DNA of 64,000 bases, from contig NC_057760.1 in assembly GCF_004010195.1 (NCBI RefSeq), forward strand, positions 2,632,647 through 2,696,646, in the 5' to 3' direction. Under the pieces are notes generated by a model. That model saw only the letters and a program-made list of their open reading frames with translations, was not told where the DNA came from and searched no databases. Numbering within the stretch: position 1 is the first letter of the stretch; every line of letters starts with the position of its first letter. This DNA is from Chiloscyllium plagiosum. Taxonomy: Eukaryota. This document shows positions 51,486 through 64,000 of the stretch, piece by piece. Made by a program: the position numbers and the translations under genes.

Positions 51486-52069
51486 TTCAGTATACAACAT
51501 GCTGTCTGATTCTGACAGTAGTTGGCAAAACTGAAGGTATTCTTAATTGTCGGTTATTGGTGGTTATTGTGAGGTGGCTGCATGTTTCCTCTGTCTACTG
51601 CTCAAGTCTGCTCATTATCATTAAGTACTATGGAAACAGGAAGTCTGTTTTCTCTGGGAGCATGGTGCTAAAGTTGAGCCACGTTTCATAGGAACCTGTT
51701 AGTGGAAACCTGTTGTTGCCTTGTGGTTCTTGAATTGTCAGTAATATTAAACCAAGAAAATTGATCTGGATCCATGATTTAGCATGATAGAGGATTGGTT
51801 AACTAACAGAAAGCGAAGAGTGGGGATAAATGAATGTTTTTCTGGTTGGTGATCAGTGACTAGTGGTGTGCCTCTGGGATCAGTGTTGGGACCACAACTA
51901 TTCACAATTTACATAGGTGATTTGGAGTTGGAGACCGCCTGTAGTGTCAATGTTTTTGGATGACACAAAGATGAGTGATAAGGCAAACTGTGTAGAGGAC
52001 AGTGAAACTTTGCAGAGGTTCATAGTTTAATTGAGTGGGCAAAGGTCTTGCAGATGAGGTGTAATGTTA

Positions 52070-53837
52070 ACAAGAAGAACAAAACAAAATTACAACACGA
52101 GAACAGGCCCTTCGGCCCTCTAATCCTATGCTGATCCAGATCCTCTCTCTAAATCTGTCGTCAATTTTCTAAAGGCCTATATCCCTTTGCTCCCTGTCCA
52201 TTCGTGCATCTGTGTAGATACATCTTAAATGACACTATCGTACATGCCTCTACCCCCTCTGCTGGCAACACGTTCCAGGCACCCACCATCCTCTGCGTAA
52301 AGAACTTTCCATGCGTATCTCTCCTAAACCCTTCCCCTCTCACTTTGAACTTGCGACTCCTAGTAATTGAGTCCCCCACTCTGGGGGAGGAAAAAGCTTT
52401 TTGCTATCCATCTTGTCTGTACCTCTCGTGATTTTGTAGACCTCAATCAGGTCCGCCCTCAACCTCTGTTTTTCTAATGAAAATAATCTTAATCTACTCA
52501 AACTCAAACTCTCTTCATAGCTTGCACCCTCCATACCAGGCAGCATCTTTGTGAACCTCCTCTCTGTCCAAAGCATCCCCATCCTTTGGTGACCAGAACT
52601 GTACGCAGTATTCCAAATGTGGCTGAACCAAAGTCTTCTCCAACTGTAACGTGACCTGCCAATTCTTGTACTCAGTACCTCATCCAATGAAGGAAAGCAT
52701 GCCGTGTACCTTCTTGACCACTCTCTTGACCTGCATTCCCACCTTCAGGGAACGATGGACTTGAACACCCAGATCTCTCTGTGCATCAATTTTCTCCAGG
52801 ACTTTTCTATTTACCGAATAGTTTGCTCTTGAATTGGATCTTCCAAAATACATTACCTTGCATTTGTCTGAATTGAACTCCATCTGTCATTTCTCTGTCC
52901 AACTCTCTAATCTATCTATATTCTACTATATTCTCTGACAGTCCCCTTCACTATCTGCTACTCCACCAATCTTAGTGTTATCTAATCAGGCCACCTAAAC
53001 CTTCCTCCAAAATATATATATCTCACCAAGAACAGTGGTCCCAGTACAGATCGCTGTGGGACACCACTGGTCACAGGTCTCCATTTTGAGAAATCCCTTC
53101 CACTATTAGTCTCTGTCTCCTGTTGCCCAGCCAGTTCTCTGTCCATCTAGCTAGTACACCCTGGACCCCATGCGACTTCACTTTCTCCATCAACCTACCA
53201 TGGGGAACCTTATCAAACGCCTTACTAAAATCCAGTTATATGACATCAATAGCCCTTCCCTCATCAATCAACTTTGTCACTTCCTCAGAGAATTCTATTA
53301 GTGGTAAGATGTGACCTTCCTTGCACAAAACCATGTTGCCTATCTCTGATAAGCCCATATTCTTCCAAATGGGAATAGATTCTATCCCTCAGTATGTTCT
53401 CCAGCAGCTTCCTGACCACTGACATCAGGCTCACCAGTCTATAATTACCTGGATTATCCCTTAAACCAGGGACAACATTAGCAATTTTTTCAGTCCTCTG
53501 GGACCTCACCAATGTTCAAGGATGCTGCAAAGATATCTGTTAAGGCCCCAGCTATTTCCCCTCTCAGTTCCCTCAGTAACGTTGGATAGATCCCACCTGA
53601 ACCTGGGACTTGCCCACCTTTAATGCCTTTCAGAATACCCAACACTTCCTCCCTCATGCCAACCTGACCTAGAGTAATCAAACAGTTATCCCGAACATCA
53701 ACATCCATCATGTCCCTCTCTTTGGTGAATACCGATGCAAAGTATTCATTAAAAATCTCATGCGTTTTCTTTGATTCCACAGATAACATTTCTCCTTTGT
53801 CCTTGAGTGGGCCAACGCTTTCTTTAGTTACCCTTTT
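52070..53837 (-). mobile_element. CR1 LINE ORF2 remnant
   Basis: FNEYFASVFT, NPGNYRLVSL, QHGFVQGRS, MEFNSDKCKVMYFG, FFTQRMVGAWN. Confidence 0.9.
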
Positions 53838-54337
53838 NNNNNNNNNNNNNNNNNNNNNNNNNNNNNNNNNNNNNNNNNNNNNNNNNNNNNNNNNNNNNNN
53901 NNNNNNNNNNNNNNNNNNNNNNNNNNNNNNNNNNNNNNNNNNNNNNNNNNNNNNNNNNNNNNNNNNNNNNNNNNNNNNNNNNNNNNNNNNNNNNNNNNNN
54001 NNNNNNNNNNNNNNNNNNNNNNNNNNNNNNNNNNNNNNNNNNNNNNNNNNNNNNNNNNNNNNNNNNNNNNNNNNNNNNNNNNNNNNNNNNNNNNNNNNNN
54101 NNNNNNNNNNNNNNNNNNNNNNNNNNNNNNNNNNNNNNNNNNNNNNNNNNNNNNNNNNNNNNNNNNNNNNNNNNNNNNNNNNNNNNNNNNNNNNNNNNNN
54201 NNNNNNNNNNNNNNNNNNNNNNNNNNNNNNNNNNNNNNNNNNNNNNNNNNNNNNNNNNNNNNNNNNNNNNNNNNNNNNNNNNNNNNNNNNNNNNNNNNNN
54301 NNNNNNNNNNNNNNNNNNNNNNNNNNNNNNNNNNNNN
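53838..54337. other. Assembly gap (500 N)
   Basis: Run of N. Confidence 1.
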
Positions 54338-54561
54338 AGGGAGGTTATATTGCAGCTGTATAGGGTGCTAGTGAGGCCATATTTGGAGTACTGCGTGCAG
54401 TTTTGGTCTCCTTACTTAAAAAAGGGTGAACTGGCACTAGAGGGATGCAGAGGATGTTCACTAGGTTGATTCCAGAGTTGAGAGGGTTGGCTTATGAGGA
54501 GAGACTGAGTAGACTGGGGTAATATTCATTGGAATTTACAACAATGAGGGGGGGAAATCTT

Positions 54562-55960
54562 GTAGAACATAAAACAATACAGCACAGAACAGGCCCTTTG
54601 GCCCTCGCCATTACACCAACCTGTGAACTAATCGAAGCCATCCATATGCTTATCCAAAGACTGTTTAAATGCCCCTAATGTGGCTGAGTTAACTACATTA
54701 GTAGGCAGGACACTCCACGCCCTCACCACTCTGAGTAAAGAATCTGTCTCTGACATCTGTCTTAAATCTATCATCCCTCAATTTGCAGCTATGTCCCCTT
54801 ATACAAGCCGATGTTGTCATCCTTGGAAAAAGACTCTCACTGTCCACCCTATCTAATCCTCTGATCATCTTGTACATCTCTATTAAATCCCCTCTTGGTT
54901 GCCTTCTCTCCACTGAGAATAGACCTAAGTCCCTCAGTCTTTTCACACAAGACCCTCCCATCCTGGGAAATCTCCTCTGCAATTTTTCTAATGCTTCCGC
55001 ATTCTTTCTGTAATGGGCGACCAGAACTGTGCACAATTTTCCAAGTGAGACCACCACACTCGCATTTTGTACAGTTACAGCATGACATCATGGCTCCAGA
55101 ACTCAATCACTCTATCAATAAAACCTAACACACCATATGCCGCCTTAACAGCACTTTCAACCTGGGTGGCAACTTTCAGGGATCTATATACATAGACTAC
55201 AAGATCCCTCTGCACATCCGCACTACCAATAATCTTTACAATGACTCAGTATTCTGCCTTCCTGTTATTCTTCTCAAAGTGAATCACCTCACATTCATCT
55301 GCATTGAACTCCATTTGCCACCTCTCAGCCCAGTTCCCTCTGCAACCTGCAACATTATTCCACACTGTACACCACTCCACCGACTTCAGTGTTATCTGCA
55401 AACTTACTAACCCATCCACCTATGTCTGCGTCTAAATCATTTATAAAAAGTGGTCCCAAAACAGATCCCTGTGACACACCACTAGTAACCAGGCTCCAGG
55501 CTGAATATTTTCCATCAACCACCACTTGCTGCTGCCTTACAGAAAGCCAGTTTCTAATCCAAACTTCTAAATCACCTTCAATCCCACGCCTCCGCATTTT
55601 CTCCAAAGGCCTACCATGTGGAACCTTATTAAAGGCTTTACTGAAGTCCATGTATACCATGTCAGCTGCCCAACCCTCATCCACATGCTTGGTCACCTTC
55701 TCAAAAAAACTGAGGTTTGTGAGACACGACCTGCCCACGAAACCATGTTGACTATCTTAAATCAAATTGTTGCTCGCTAGATGATGGATCCTATTTCTTA
55801 CAATCCTTTCCAAAACTCTTCCTTCAACAGACATAAGGCTCACTGGTCTATAATTACCTGGGTCATCTCTACTGCTCTTCTTGAACAACGGCACAACATT
55901 TGCAATCCTCCAGTCCTCTGGTATTAAACCTGCAGACAATGACAATTCAAAGATCAAGGC
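54562..55960 (-). mobile_element. CR1 LINE ORF2 remnant
   Basis: IPEDWRIANVVPLFKK, YMDFSKAFNKVPH, SGVSQGSVLGP, SKFADNT. Confidence 0.92.
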
Positions 55961-57704
55961 CAATTATGCAGGGAATAGGTAAGATGTTGCCACTGGCGGG
56001 TGAAACTAGGCATAGCCTCAAAAGTAGGGGAAGCAGATTTGGGGCCGAATTGAGAAGGAGCTACTTCACCCAGAGGGTTGCCAACCTGTGGAGTTCCCTG
56101 CCCAGTGAGGTAGTTGATGCTACTTCAGTAAATGCTTTTAAAGCTAAGATAGATTTTGTTTTTGAACAATGAAGACATTAAGGGTTTTGGGGAGAGAGCA
56201 GGTGAGTGTAGCTGAGGGCACAAAAAGACCAGTCCTGAATGACGGAGCAGGCTTGAAGGACCAGATGGGCCACTTCTCCTCTCTCTTATGTTACGTTATT
56301 CATGGATTTGCTGCTAAAGTTGTCCATCGGCTTAACTAGCAGACAATGAGCTTCAAGATCTTGGAGGCCAAATGTACTAAGGTCTGATCTTCCCTCTTCA
56401 TTCAACTGCTGGTCTTGTTTTCATATCCCTTTTTAAATTCTAGAGTTTTAAACTAATATCGGTTGACTAAGTAAGCTTCTGGGTAAGGTGGGTTTGGCAT
56501 GGCAGCGGAGAGAATTGATTTAAACAATTAGTTTCCTCTTTCCTTGAGAGGGTTCATTTGTAACCCTCCCAAAGTCTGGGATTGATTTTGAGCAGTCACC
56601 TGAACAAACCAGATCATTGGCATATACCATAAGACAAGGCAGAGCGGATTGTCACCTTGCTTTATACATATGAAGTACATGGTCATGACTATGTACCCTG
56701 AATGTGCCTAGTATTTCTTCTGTATATGTAGTAGGTGTTTGTGGTAAAATTCTTACATTCTTGCAAATAGCATGCATTTTTGTGAAATTACTACTTGTTT
56801 TGGAACCAATCTGCAATCATTGTTTGCACTTGAGTAAGTTGCACCACTTCTTCCATCTGTTAGATCCTGGAGACACGACAACAGATGCTGTGTCAAATCA
56901 ACAGAAATCTCAATATAAAATACAGCTTCAGACCATTCTTGTAAATACGTAGTATAAACAGCCTAGAATTACCTATATGCTTCAACAATGAAGTGGATTA
57001 TACAGTTTCCCCTGTTGATGCTAACTGCTCTACTTGAGTTTGATCTTCCTGCTCTTTCTGTAGACACAAGATAAGCCTCTTTTAGTGCCACTCAATTCTG
57101 TCTGAGGAGCGAGCAAGAAGAGTGGGAATGCTGGCTGAAGAATTCAAGAGAGGATATATGGTTGACACAGTTACAGAATCCAAAGTACAAGACAGTGAAG
57201 GAACTTGATGATGTGAACCAAGACTTGAATTTGATGCTTAGAAGACATGGTGCTGAATTAGGCCACTTAGGTGCTGAGCAAGTGAACACTTGGTACAGTA
57301 CAGGATATGTTTTTTTTTGTCTTGAGGTAACAAACCAAAGGCTTCAGGGGAAATCAAAGTACAAGTGGAGGCAAAGCAATTTGGAAGCAGAGATCTTAGT
57401 GAAAAGATGCTCTGTCTTGAAGCTAAGAATGCTTTTGTTCAGTTGAAGTATATGGCTAAGGAGGGGCATGCTACTAGAGAAATTACAGCTATATTCAACT
57501 GAAGAAATTTGCTTCTAATCCAAAGCATAATGTCAGTTACTTCAATGCTGTTTCTGATCATCTGACAATTAAAGCTCTAGCTTTGTTTTTGATCTCACAG
57601 TTGAATTTTAACTCTCTCCAGGAGAACAGGTGATATTTTTGATCAGATTTTAGATTAGCTGTTTGTCATTGAATTCACATCTTTCTTAAAAGTTATCACC
57701 GCAT

Positions 57705-58025
57705 CCGTACAGTATGGAAACAGCCCCTTTTGACCCTCCGAAGAGTATCCCACTCAAACCCATTCTGCTACCCTATTACTCTATATTTATCCCTCACTGA
57801 TGCACCTAACCTACACATCACTGAACACTATGGGTAATTTAGCATGGCCAAAATACCTAAACCACACATCCTTGACTGTGGGAGGAAACCGGAGCACCTG
57901 GAGGAAACCCATGCAGGCACAGGGAGAATGTGCAAATGCCACAGAGTTGCCTGAGGCTGGAATTGAATCCAGGTCCCTGATGCTGCGAGGCAGCAGTGCT
58001 AACCATTGAGCGACTGTACCGTCCC
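57705..58025 (-). mobile_element. HE1-type SINE
   Basis: Similar to the other copies in the window. Confidence 0.82.
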
Positions 58026-60396
58026 ATTGTCACCCTCCCTCCCCTTTCCCCCCCCTCCCCAAAATCACCTTATCCCTTCCTTACCCCATCAGACTCAGTA
58101 CAAACTGAACTCCCTCCCTCCCATACGGCCCCTCTTTTTTCCCCCTCCCCCATCCAAAGTCGCATGTCATTGATGCAGTGCTGTTTCGTTGACCATTTAC
58201 TAGAGTGTGTACCTCTTTTCTTTTAGCTGCAGTATTTTTGCTTCACAGGAGTTCATTAGATTGCTTTCAAAAATTGTGCCACCATAACTTAACAAATTTG
58301 TGCTTTATTGTGAGAGGACGGCTATTTTTAAACGCACTGTTAAAAATTATCCAAGTATAATTTATTCAGGTCATTTGAGAAACAAGACTACTCAGTAAAG
58401 AATTCTTGGAATTGTTCGCAGCTGCATTCACATACCGTCGTATCCCTTATGGCCACATTTGTCATTCTTCATATTCTCTCTCTGTGCTAAATATTTTTGA
58501 CAACATGAGCAGTGATGAGTTAAATCTGTTCGTGAATTTAGGAGAGGGTGGTATAGTAGATATTGAAGACCCAAGATTCATGCTGGGAGACTGCGTGGGG
58601 TTTCCAATCTGATTGAGTAATTTTGGTCAGTTTGTCTGAAGCCCAAGTTACTGCTACAAGGAAGTAATACATAACCTTTTTTTTTTCTTGATTGATGTGA
58701 GTCAGATGAAACCTATTCCTTTCAACCAGTGTGTGACTCAACTAAAGCCATGTGTGCCTGTGGTTTAACTGACATAGGAAACTTTGGGACCAGAAAATAG
58801 CACATCTTAAGTTTTCAATGAAGTTGGTCATGTTTAGCAATTGTATTGCCTCTTGAGCCAAAGGCAAAATGCTAAGTGTTAAATACTAATTCTGTCTAGT
58901 TTGTTTAGAATTTGATAGCAGTCTGTTCCGCATTCAGTTTCTGGCCTCAGCTTTGCTTCTCTGGAGAGATACAGACTAAGGACTGGATATCCACCCATGG
59001 AATGTGGAAATTCTGGTGACTTTACGCTGGCCCAATCTCATGGCAAATCGAAAGCAGCACTAGCATTATCAGAAGGGGAAATTAACATCAATTTTTTTCC
59101 CCATCCCTGTCCGCTTTAAGTATGAAATATCAGTTCCATGTTTACCTGGTGAGGAAAGCCACCAGCTAGCACACCACTAACCACAAACCAATAGGGCCAA
59201 GGGTCAATCCCCAGTTTGGAATGAGTTGTTGGAGTTCAGTGAGAACAGAGGATTGCACACTCCTAAATAGCCTCTGTTCTTATCGATTTTGGGGGCGTAA
59301 GGGGAAGAGGAGGAATTGGCTAGGAGTGCCATTCCCAATCATGGTTTTTTTTTGGTTTTGAAATGAACGAAATTACATGCGTTATTTTTCAAACAAATAC
59401 GTAAAAGTTTATCCTGAATCTCAATTCTCATTCTGCTTAGTTCCAATCATTTCAAAAACTGAAAGGTGGGAGTGACTGATTATGTCATCTGAGTGGGCTA
59501 GCACTTCTGTAACATGCTTCAACTCTGCACCTTTGCAATGCCTCAGGTGACATGTAGATCATGTTGTTCTGTCATTATAACCTTGGTTTGTTTCCGATGT
59601 CTGAATACTTCTCAGTTGCTTCGGCTGTTCTAAGTTCCGAATACTGTGGCGCTTGCTGTAGCGAGCTTTTATTTACATCTGAAACTATAATCAAACTTTG
59701 CAAAGACAGAAGTGTTCGCAAACTACTTCTCAAAGGCATGATGTCCGATGGAGGTTTAGAACAAAATTATTTTTATCCAGTTGATAACTGACAGAGTTGA
59801 AATGGATTTCACTGCAATTAGAATTCCAAGCTATATATGGAATTTTACTGTTTCTATCTTACAAGACATTGTATAATAATTACAGGCAAAAGATATGGCT
59901 TAGTTATATATTTTGTTTTATAATTGGGTAATTTTTTTATTAAGCTTTCTGTCAGGTTTTGTGTTTTTTTTTTAAATCTCAGCAGATGAACATATATTCT
60001 GGCAATACTCTTTCTTAATGTTTCGGAAGCAATTTTGAATTGAAAACCACTCTGCCTGTTCAGCGAGGTTTATGTCAGCCTATGCAGTAGTGAGAAAGGC
60101 TAGCAGCACTTGACCTGTTGCATTGTTACTGTGGCTGGTGCTGTGTCTGGATAAATCAGCAGACAGATCGGTGAATTATAAAAGGAACTGTTGTTTGACC
60201 TTCACCAGGCATTGGTTTTGACTCCATTCTGAAAGCCCGTGTTTTACATGGATGTGTGCCACCGTGCTCATACAGCAGTTCAAATAGCATTGGCAGCCTA
60301 AATCTTGGGAATAACTGTTTGGAAGGGTGATGTCCAGTGCAGTAATAGTTAATAGTTTTGCATTATTCTCATTGTTTCTCTTCAACTAATTTACAG

Positions 60397-60501
60397 GTTT
60401 ACAACCAGTACAAGATAAGCAGGCATCGCAGAGGCATCAGGACAGTGTTAATTGCAGTCCGACCAGAAGGAGAACTCCATCAGACTGCACAACCTCAGCA
60501 G
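60397..60501 (+). CDS. ASH1L: ASH1L next coding exon (equivalent of mammalian exon 4), 105 nt, phase 1-1
   Basis: Acceptor ttctcttcaactaatttacag|GT. In phase 1 it continues the upstream exon as (G)LQPVQDKQASQRHQDSVNCSPTRRRTPSDCTTSA, matching the recalled human segment [33 protein letters not shown]. Ends at CAG|GCAAGA. Confidence 0.88.
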
Positions 60502-60968
60502 GCAAGACCATCATTAATATTTTTCTCTTATTTGCCTTTCTCAACCCGAGAAACCTGCCAAAAGTCTCCCTTTCTCTAAAGAAGTCATTTTGGCACCTCA
60601 ATGTCAACTGTTTATCTTTCCACAGATGCTGCTCTCTTCTCAGACTTGCATGAGTTTCTCCGGTAGTTTTTATTACTTGTCCTCCTTTCTGTTTGTCAGC
60701 AAGTTTCTCGGTTAGTGCTATTAATATCCTTTTTAGAACCAAGGCATTTTAGAGGGTAAAGAACAGGAGCAGCAGTAAACCACAGAGCTCCTTGAGCCTG
60801 CTCTGCAACTCAGGCTGATCCTTTGCCTTGGCCTCACTTTCCGACCTACTCCCCATATTACTTGATTCATTGAGACCAAAAATCTCTCTCTCTCTCAGAA
60901 TCGTTGTGGATGCAGTTTCTTTGTGGATGCAGTTTATCAAATACTCTTAAGTGCTCTTTAAATATTTT

Positions 60969-61385
60969 TAATCAACCTTGTTTAAAGATGTTTTGACATG
61001 TCTGGAGTAGGTGGAACTTGAATCCAAACCTTCTGACCCAGAGGTAAGGACTCTGCCATTCGCCAAACTTGGTCTTGGATATTTTCTAATCAACCAGTGC
61101 AGAGTTGTTGTACACTTCTGGAGCAGGTGGGACGTGAATCCTGTCCTTACAACTAGTCCCTATGCAACACAAGAGCTTTTGACTACTCAGTCTTCAAGTT
61201 TCTTCCAAACATGAGTCCCACTTGCTCCCCCTTACTTTCATGTTTAAAAAAAACTTGCAGATGACTACAATGCAAGTAACTGTTCTTAATCAACCTGTTC
61301 AGAGATGCTATAACACATCTCAGGAGCAGGTATGACCTGAACCCACTTTCTCTGGCCCAGAGATACAGTGCACCACAAGAGCTCT
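60969..61385 (-). repeat. Three diverged ~95-bp tRNA-like/SINE-head units (60969-61062, 61087-61177, 61287-61385)
   Basis: Each has taatcaacc...ggag(c/t)aggt..gac.tgaa.cc on +, i.e. a B-box-like GG(A/G)TTCA.GT on the minus strand. Confidence 0.6.
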
Positions 61386-62604
61386 CACTATCTTCCCCAC
61401 CCCTTATATCTACTAGTCACTTAACTCATCAGTTAACTCCTATCCCTCATTTAACTAGCTATATAAACACTGGTGAGTGTCCCACTGTACACTGAGAGAA
61501 ACTATCGTTGTGAAGATTGGAAAGGAGTCTTAATCTCTTTCAGGTTTGGTTTTATAATTAACTTGTTACTCCTTTTTGTATCAAATGTGCGATGGTCTGC
61601 TGTGTTTATTGCACAGTCAGAAATTAACCGGACTGGAAACTTTTACTGCTTTTTCTGCTGGCTGGAAGCAATGTATCTGCAAAAGCCAAAAGGTGCAAAT
61701 GAAATGAAGCAACCAAATGTTACTCCTAATTGTAACTCCAGGCTGAAGATCTGATACAATGAGATGAAATCTTGTGTTTCCTGTTGTCTTCTCCATCTCT
61801 TGTCAGTTGTTTTATTTGTGGTTAGGTTATCTGTTCTTTGGTCTGTGAAAATATCCATCTGTTACACTTGTTAACTTCTTTGAAAATTCGGATAGTAACC
61901 CAAGTGAGGAGATACTGCCACTGATTAATTACCATTCACTGTAGTAATTGTGCTGCAGCCTCTTGATCTAATTCACTGACAGAAACTATATGACACAATT
62001 GTATGTTCTACAGCCAAAATCTGGATAACCAACCTGGTGATTTTGGTGATTTTGCAAATGCTTTGTTGACTGAAAAACCACAGGACAAAGCTGCTTAGTC
62101 TTGTGTCATCTGTTTATCTCTGATAACAAACATCTCCCTCATGGAACCGCAGTCTTTCATGTAATCTACTTTGTTAATGATTCTCTCGCTGACACAGTAA
62201 CCACATAACACACCCCTCACTATTTCACAGTCCTATGCACCACAATCTCAAAGTACATGTTTCTGACTCCTCTGAAGTGCAAACTGCAAAACAAAAGTTA
62301 GTATGAGCGTTGCAATCAGCTCAAACAAGTCCTAGCACTGTATCTGTTCCAATGAGCCCCATCCCTATTAATAATTCATTCAAATTCTTCTAACAGAGGG
62401 GCTTTTAATGAATCAAAATGTCTGTTAAACTGGGAGAGCCCATTGCAATGTTAGTTTATTGTTTGTGCTTCAGTAAAAAATAACAGTTGATCAATCACTG
62501 TAATCTCAGCAGTCTTGTGACCATGTAGCTTTCTTAGAGTGAGTCCTCTACTTCAGTCAGATGCTCATCAAATCTTTTTTCTTGGATGGGGGGTGTTGGG
62601 GAAT

Positions 62605-62720
62605 AAAAACCAAAATAACTGTGGATGCTGTAAATCAGAAACAGAAGTCACTGAAAAAGCTCAGCAGGTCAGGAAGCATTTGTGAAATCAGCGTTAGCGT
62701 TTCTGGTCCGGTGACTCCTT
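62605..62720 (-). mobile_element. PLE terminal-repeat fragment
   Basis: actgtggatgctg...aaaagctcagcaggtcaggaagcat...gcgtttctggtccggtgac. Confidence 0.55.
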
Positions 62721-63009
62721 AGGAGGACGATGTTGGACAATATTCAGGTCTCACTGGTACAATTTTTTTCTCTAGACCATGACGTTTACTTTTTATATTT
62801 TACGTTGAAAATCAAGCCTACTTGTGGATGTTTACCATTGAGTGGACTGTGCCACTTCACTCCATGAAGATCAGATGACTTGTAAACTCCACTTCAGTTG
62901 ATTGTGAGCTGTTGCATTCCAATTGCCAATGCTTGCTCCCCAGTCTGTGGCTTACTTTATTTCAGGTGAGGCATTAGTTGAATACTTCAACTTCAGCAGC
63001 TGATCTCTG

Positions 63010-63365
63010 CTGTAGTGGCACACTGGCTAGCAGTGCTGCATCATAGCATCAGAGTCCCAAGTTTGATTCAGGCAACTGTCTGTGTGAAGCTTGCACGTTC
63101 TCCCCATGTCTGCTCCAGTTTCCTCTGGATGCTGCAGTTTCCTTCCACTGTTCAAAGGTGTGCATGTTAGATGGATTGGCCATGCTAAATTGCCCCATAG
63201 TGTTTAGGGGCGTGCAGGCTTAGGTGGATTAGCCATGGGAAATGCAGGGTAGGGTAATCGGTCTGGTTCTGCTACAGACGGGTCCAGATGCTTTTCGGTG
63301 GTTTGGTGTGGATTTGATGAGCTGAATAGCCAGTTCCACACTGTAGGGATTCTATTCTGTTCTGT
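63010..63365 (+). mobile_element. HE1-type SINE
   Basis: Head, central domain and (ATTCT/GTTCT)n tail. Confidence 0.8.
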
Positions 63366-64000
63366 AAAATATAGTGGTCGACTGTAGTGTAGCGGGGTCT
63401 GACTGGGTGCATCCTCATGATTATACTCCAGTGGGGTTTCTTTTCTGCTGTAAGAGTCTGTGTACATAGCTATCAGCTTAAGACAGGATTGGACACCTCG
63501 TGTGACAGTATAGCCTGGTGGCACATGGTATCCAGACATGGATGAGGCGAAGCTATGCTGCCCATTCTGAGGATGCGTGGAGAGATTTGACACTATCCAG
63601 GGGAAGGAGAGGAAATGAAGATTAACTTTGAGATTTGCTGTGAGCTTTCAATTGTTGAAAGAAATATTTCTTGGCAGTTTTTACCTTAAAATCTCTAACC
63701 AATGTTATGTGTTTGCTACTGTGAAGGTTTTATAGCTTGGTTAACTATTTATGTCTTTTAAAATAAAATGTTTCTGCTACTGGAAATAATTTTAAGTCTT
63801 CAGGCATCCAGATGCTTGTGGGCTTGGTCTTCAGGCTGCTTTTCACCTCTGGAAGGTTTCTGTCAACTATGTCATGTTTTAGATAGTAAGCAGCAGCGTA
63901 GCAAGGCGCAGCTGTTTCTGCAGAGTGCAGGGGAGAGAAAGAGAATACATTTTATGTCCTGACAGTTTTCTGTTTCACGAGACTATGGTGCGGGTAAAAC

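Larger units (their letters stand above)
51770..56300 (+). mobile_element. Host CR1 (+; pieces ~51770-52070, 54338-54565, ~55960-56300) carrying two nested minus-strand CR1 copies
   Basis: The plus-strand pieces are collinear in ORF2 order ([33 protein letters not shown]). Confidence 0.7.

Noticed and set aside
53710..54363. 217-aa ORF
   Set aside because: Spans the N gap
57064..57446. Possible additional ASH1L exon after ctctttctgtag, or the 94-aa ORF
   Set aside because: Immediate stop in the required phase, and no resemblance to ASH1L or any family I recognise

Overview
Eukaryotic (cartilaginous fish, shark-type) genomic DNA, not prokaryotic. The window lies inside the ASH1L histone H3K36 methyltransferase gene on the + strand. 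It holds the giant AT-hook coding exon (37512-41628) and the next 105-nt exon (60397-60501), which the ORF track misses and which appears to use a non-canonical GC splice donor. The rest is intronic and dominated by decayed transposable elements: CR1-clade LINEs, HE1-type and Deu-type SINEs, L2 and RTE fossils, a Tigger/pogo fossil plus a related MITE, and several Penelope-like element (PLE) families. A 500-N gap sits at 53838-54337. The most notable hidden structure is a set of more than a dozen minimal type I hammerhead ribozyme motifs in at least four PLE terminal-repeat families. They have palindromic helix III, covarying stem I and an extra nucleotide after A9. The best-preserved copies are antisense to ASH1L. 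Repeat boundaries are by-eye estimates and family names come from motif recognition, not database searches.
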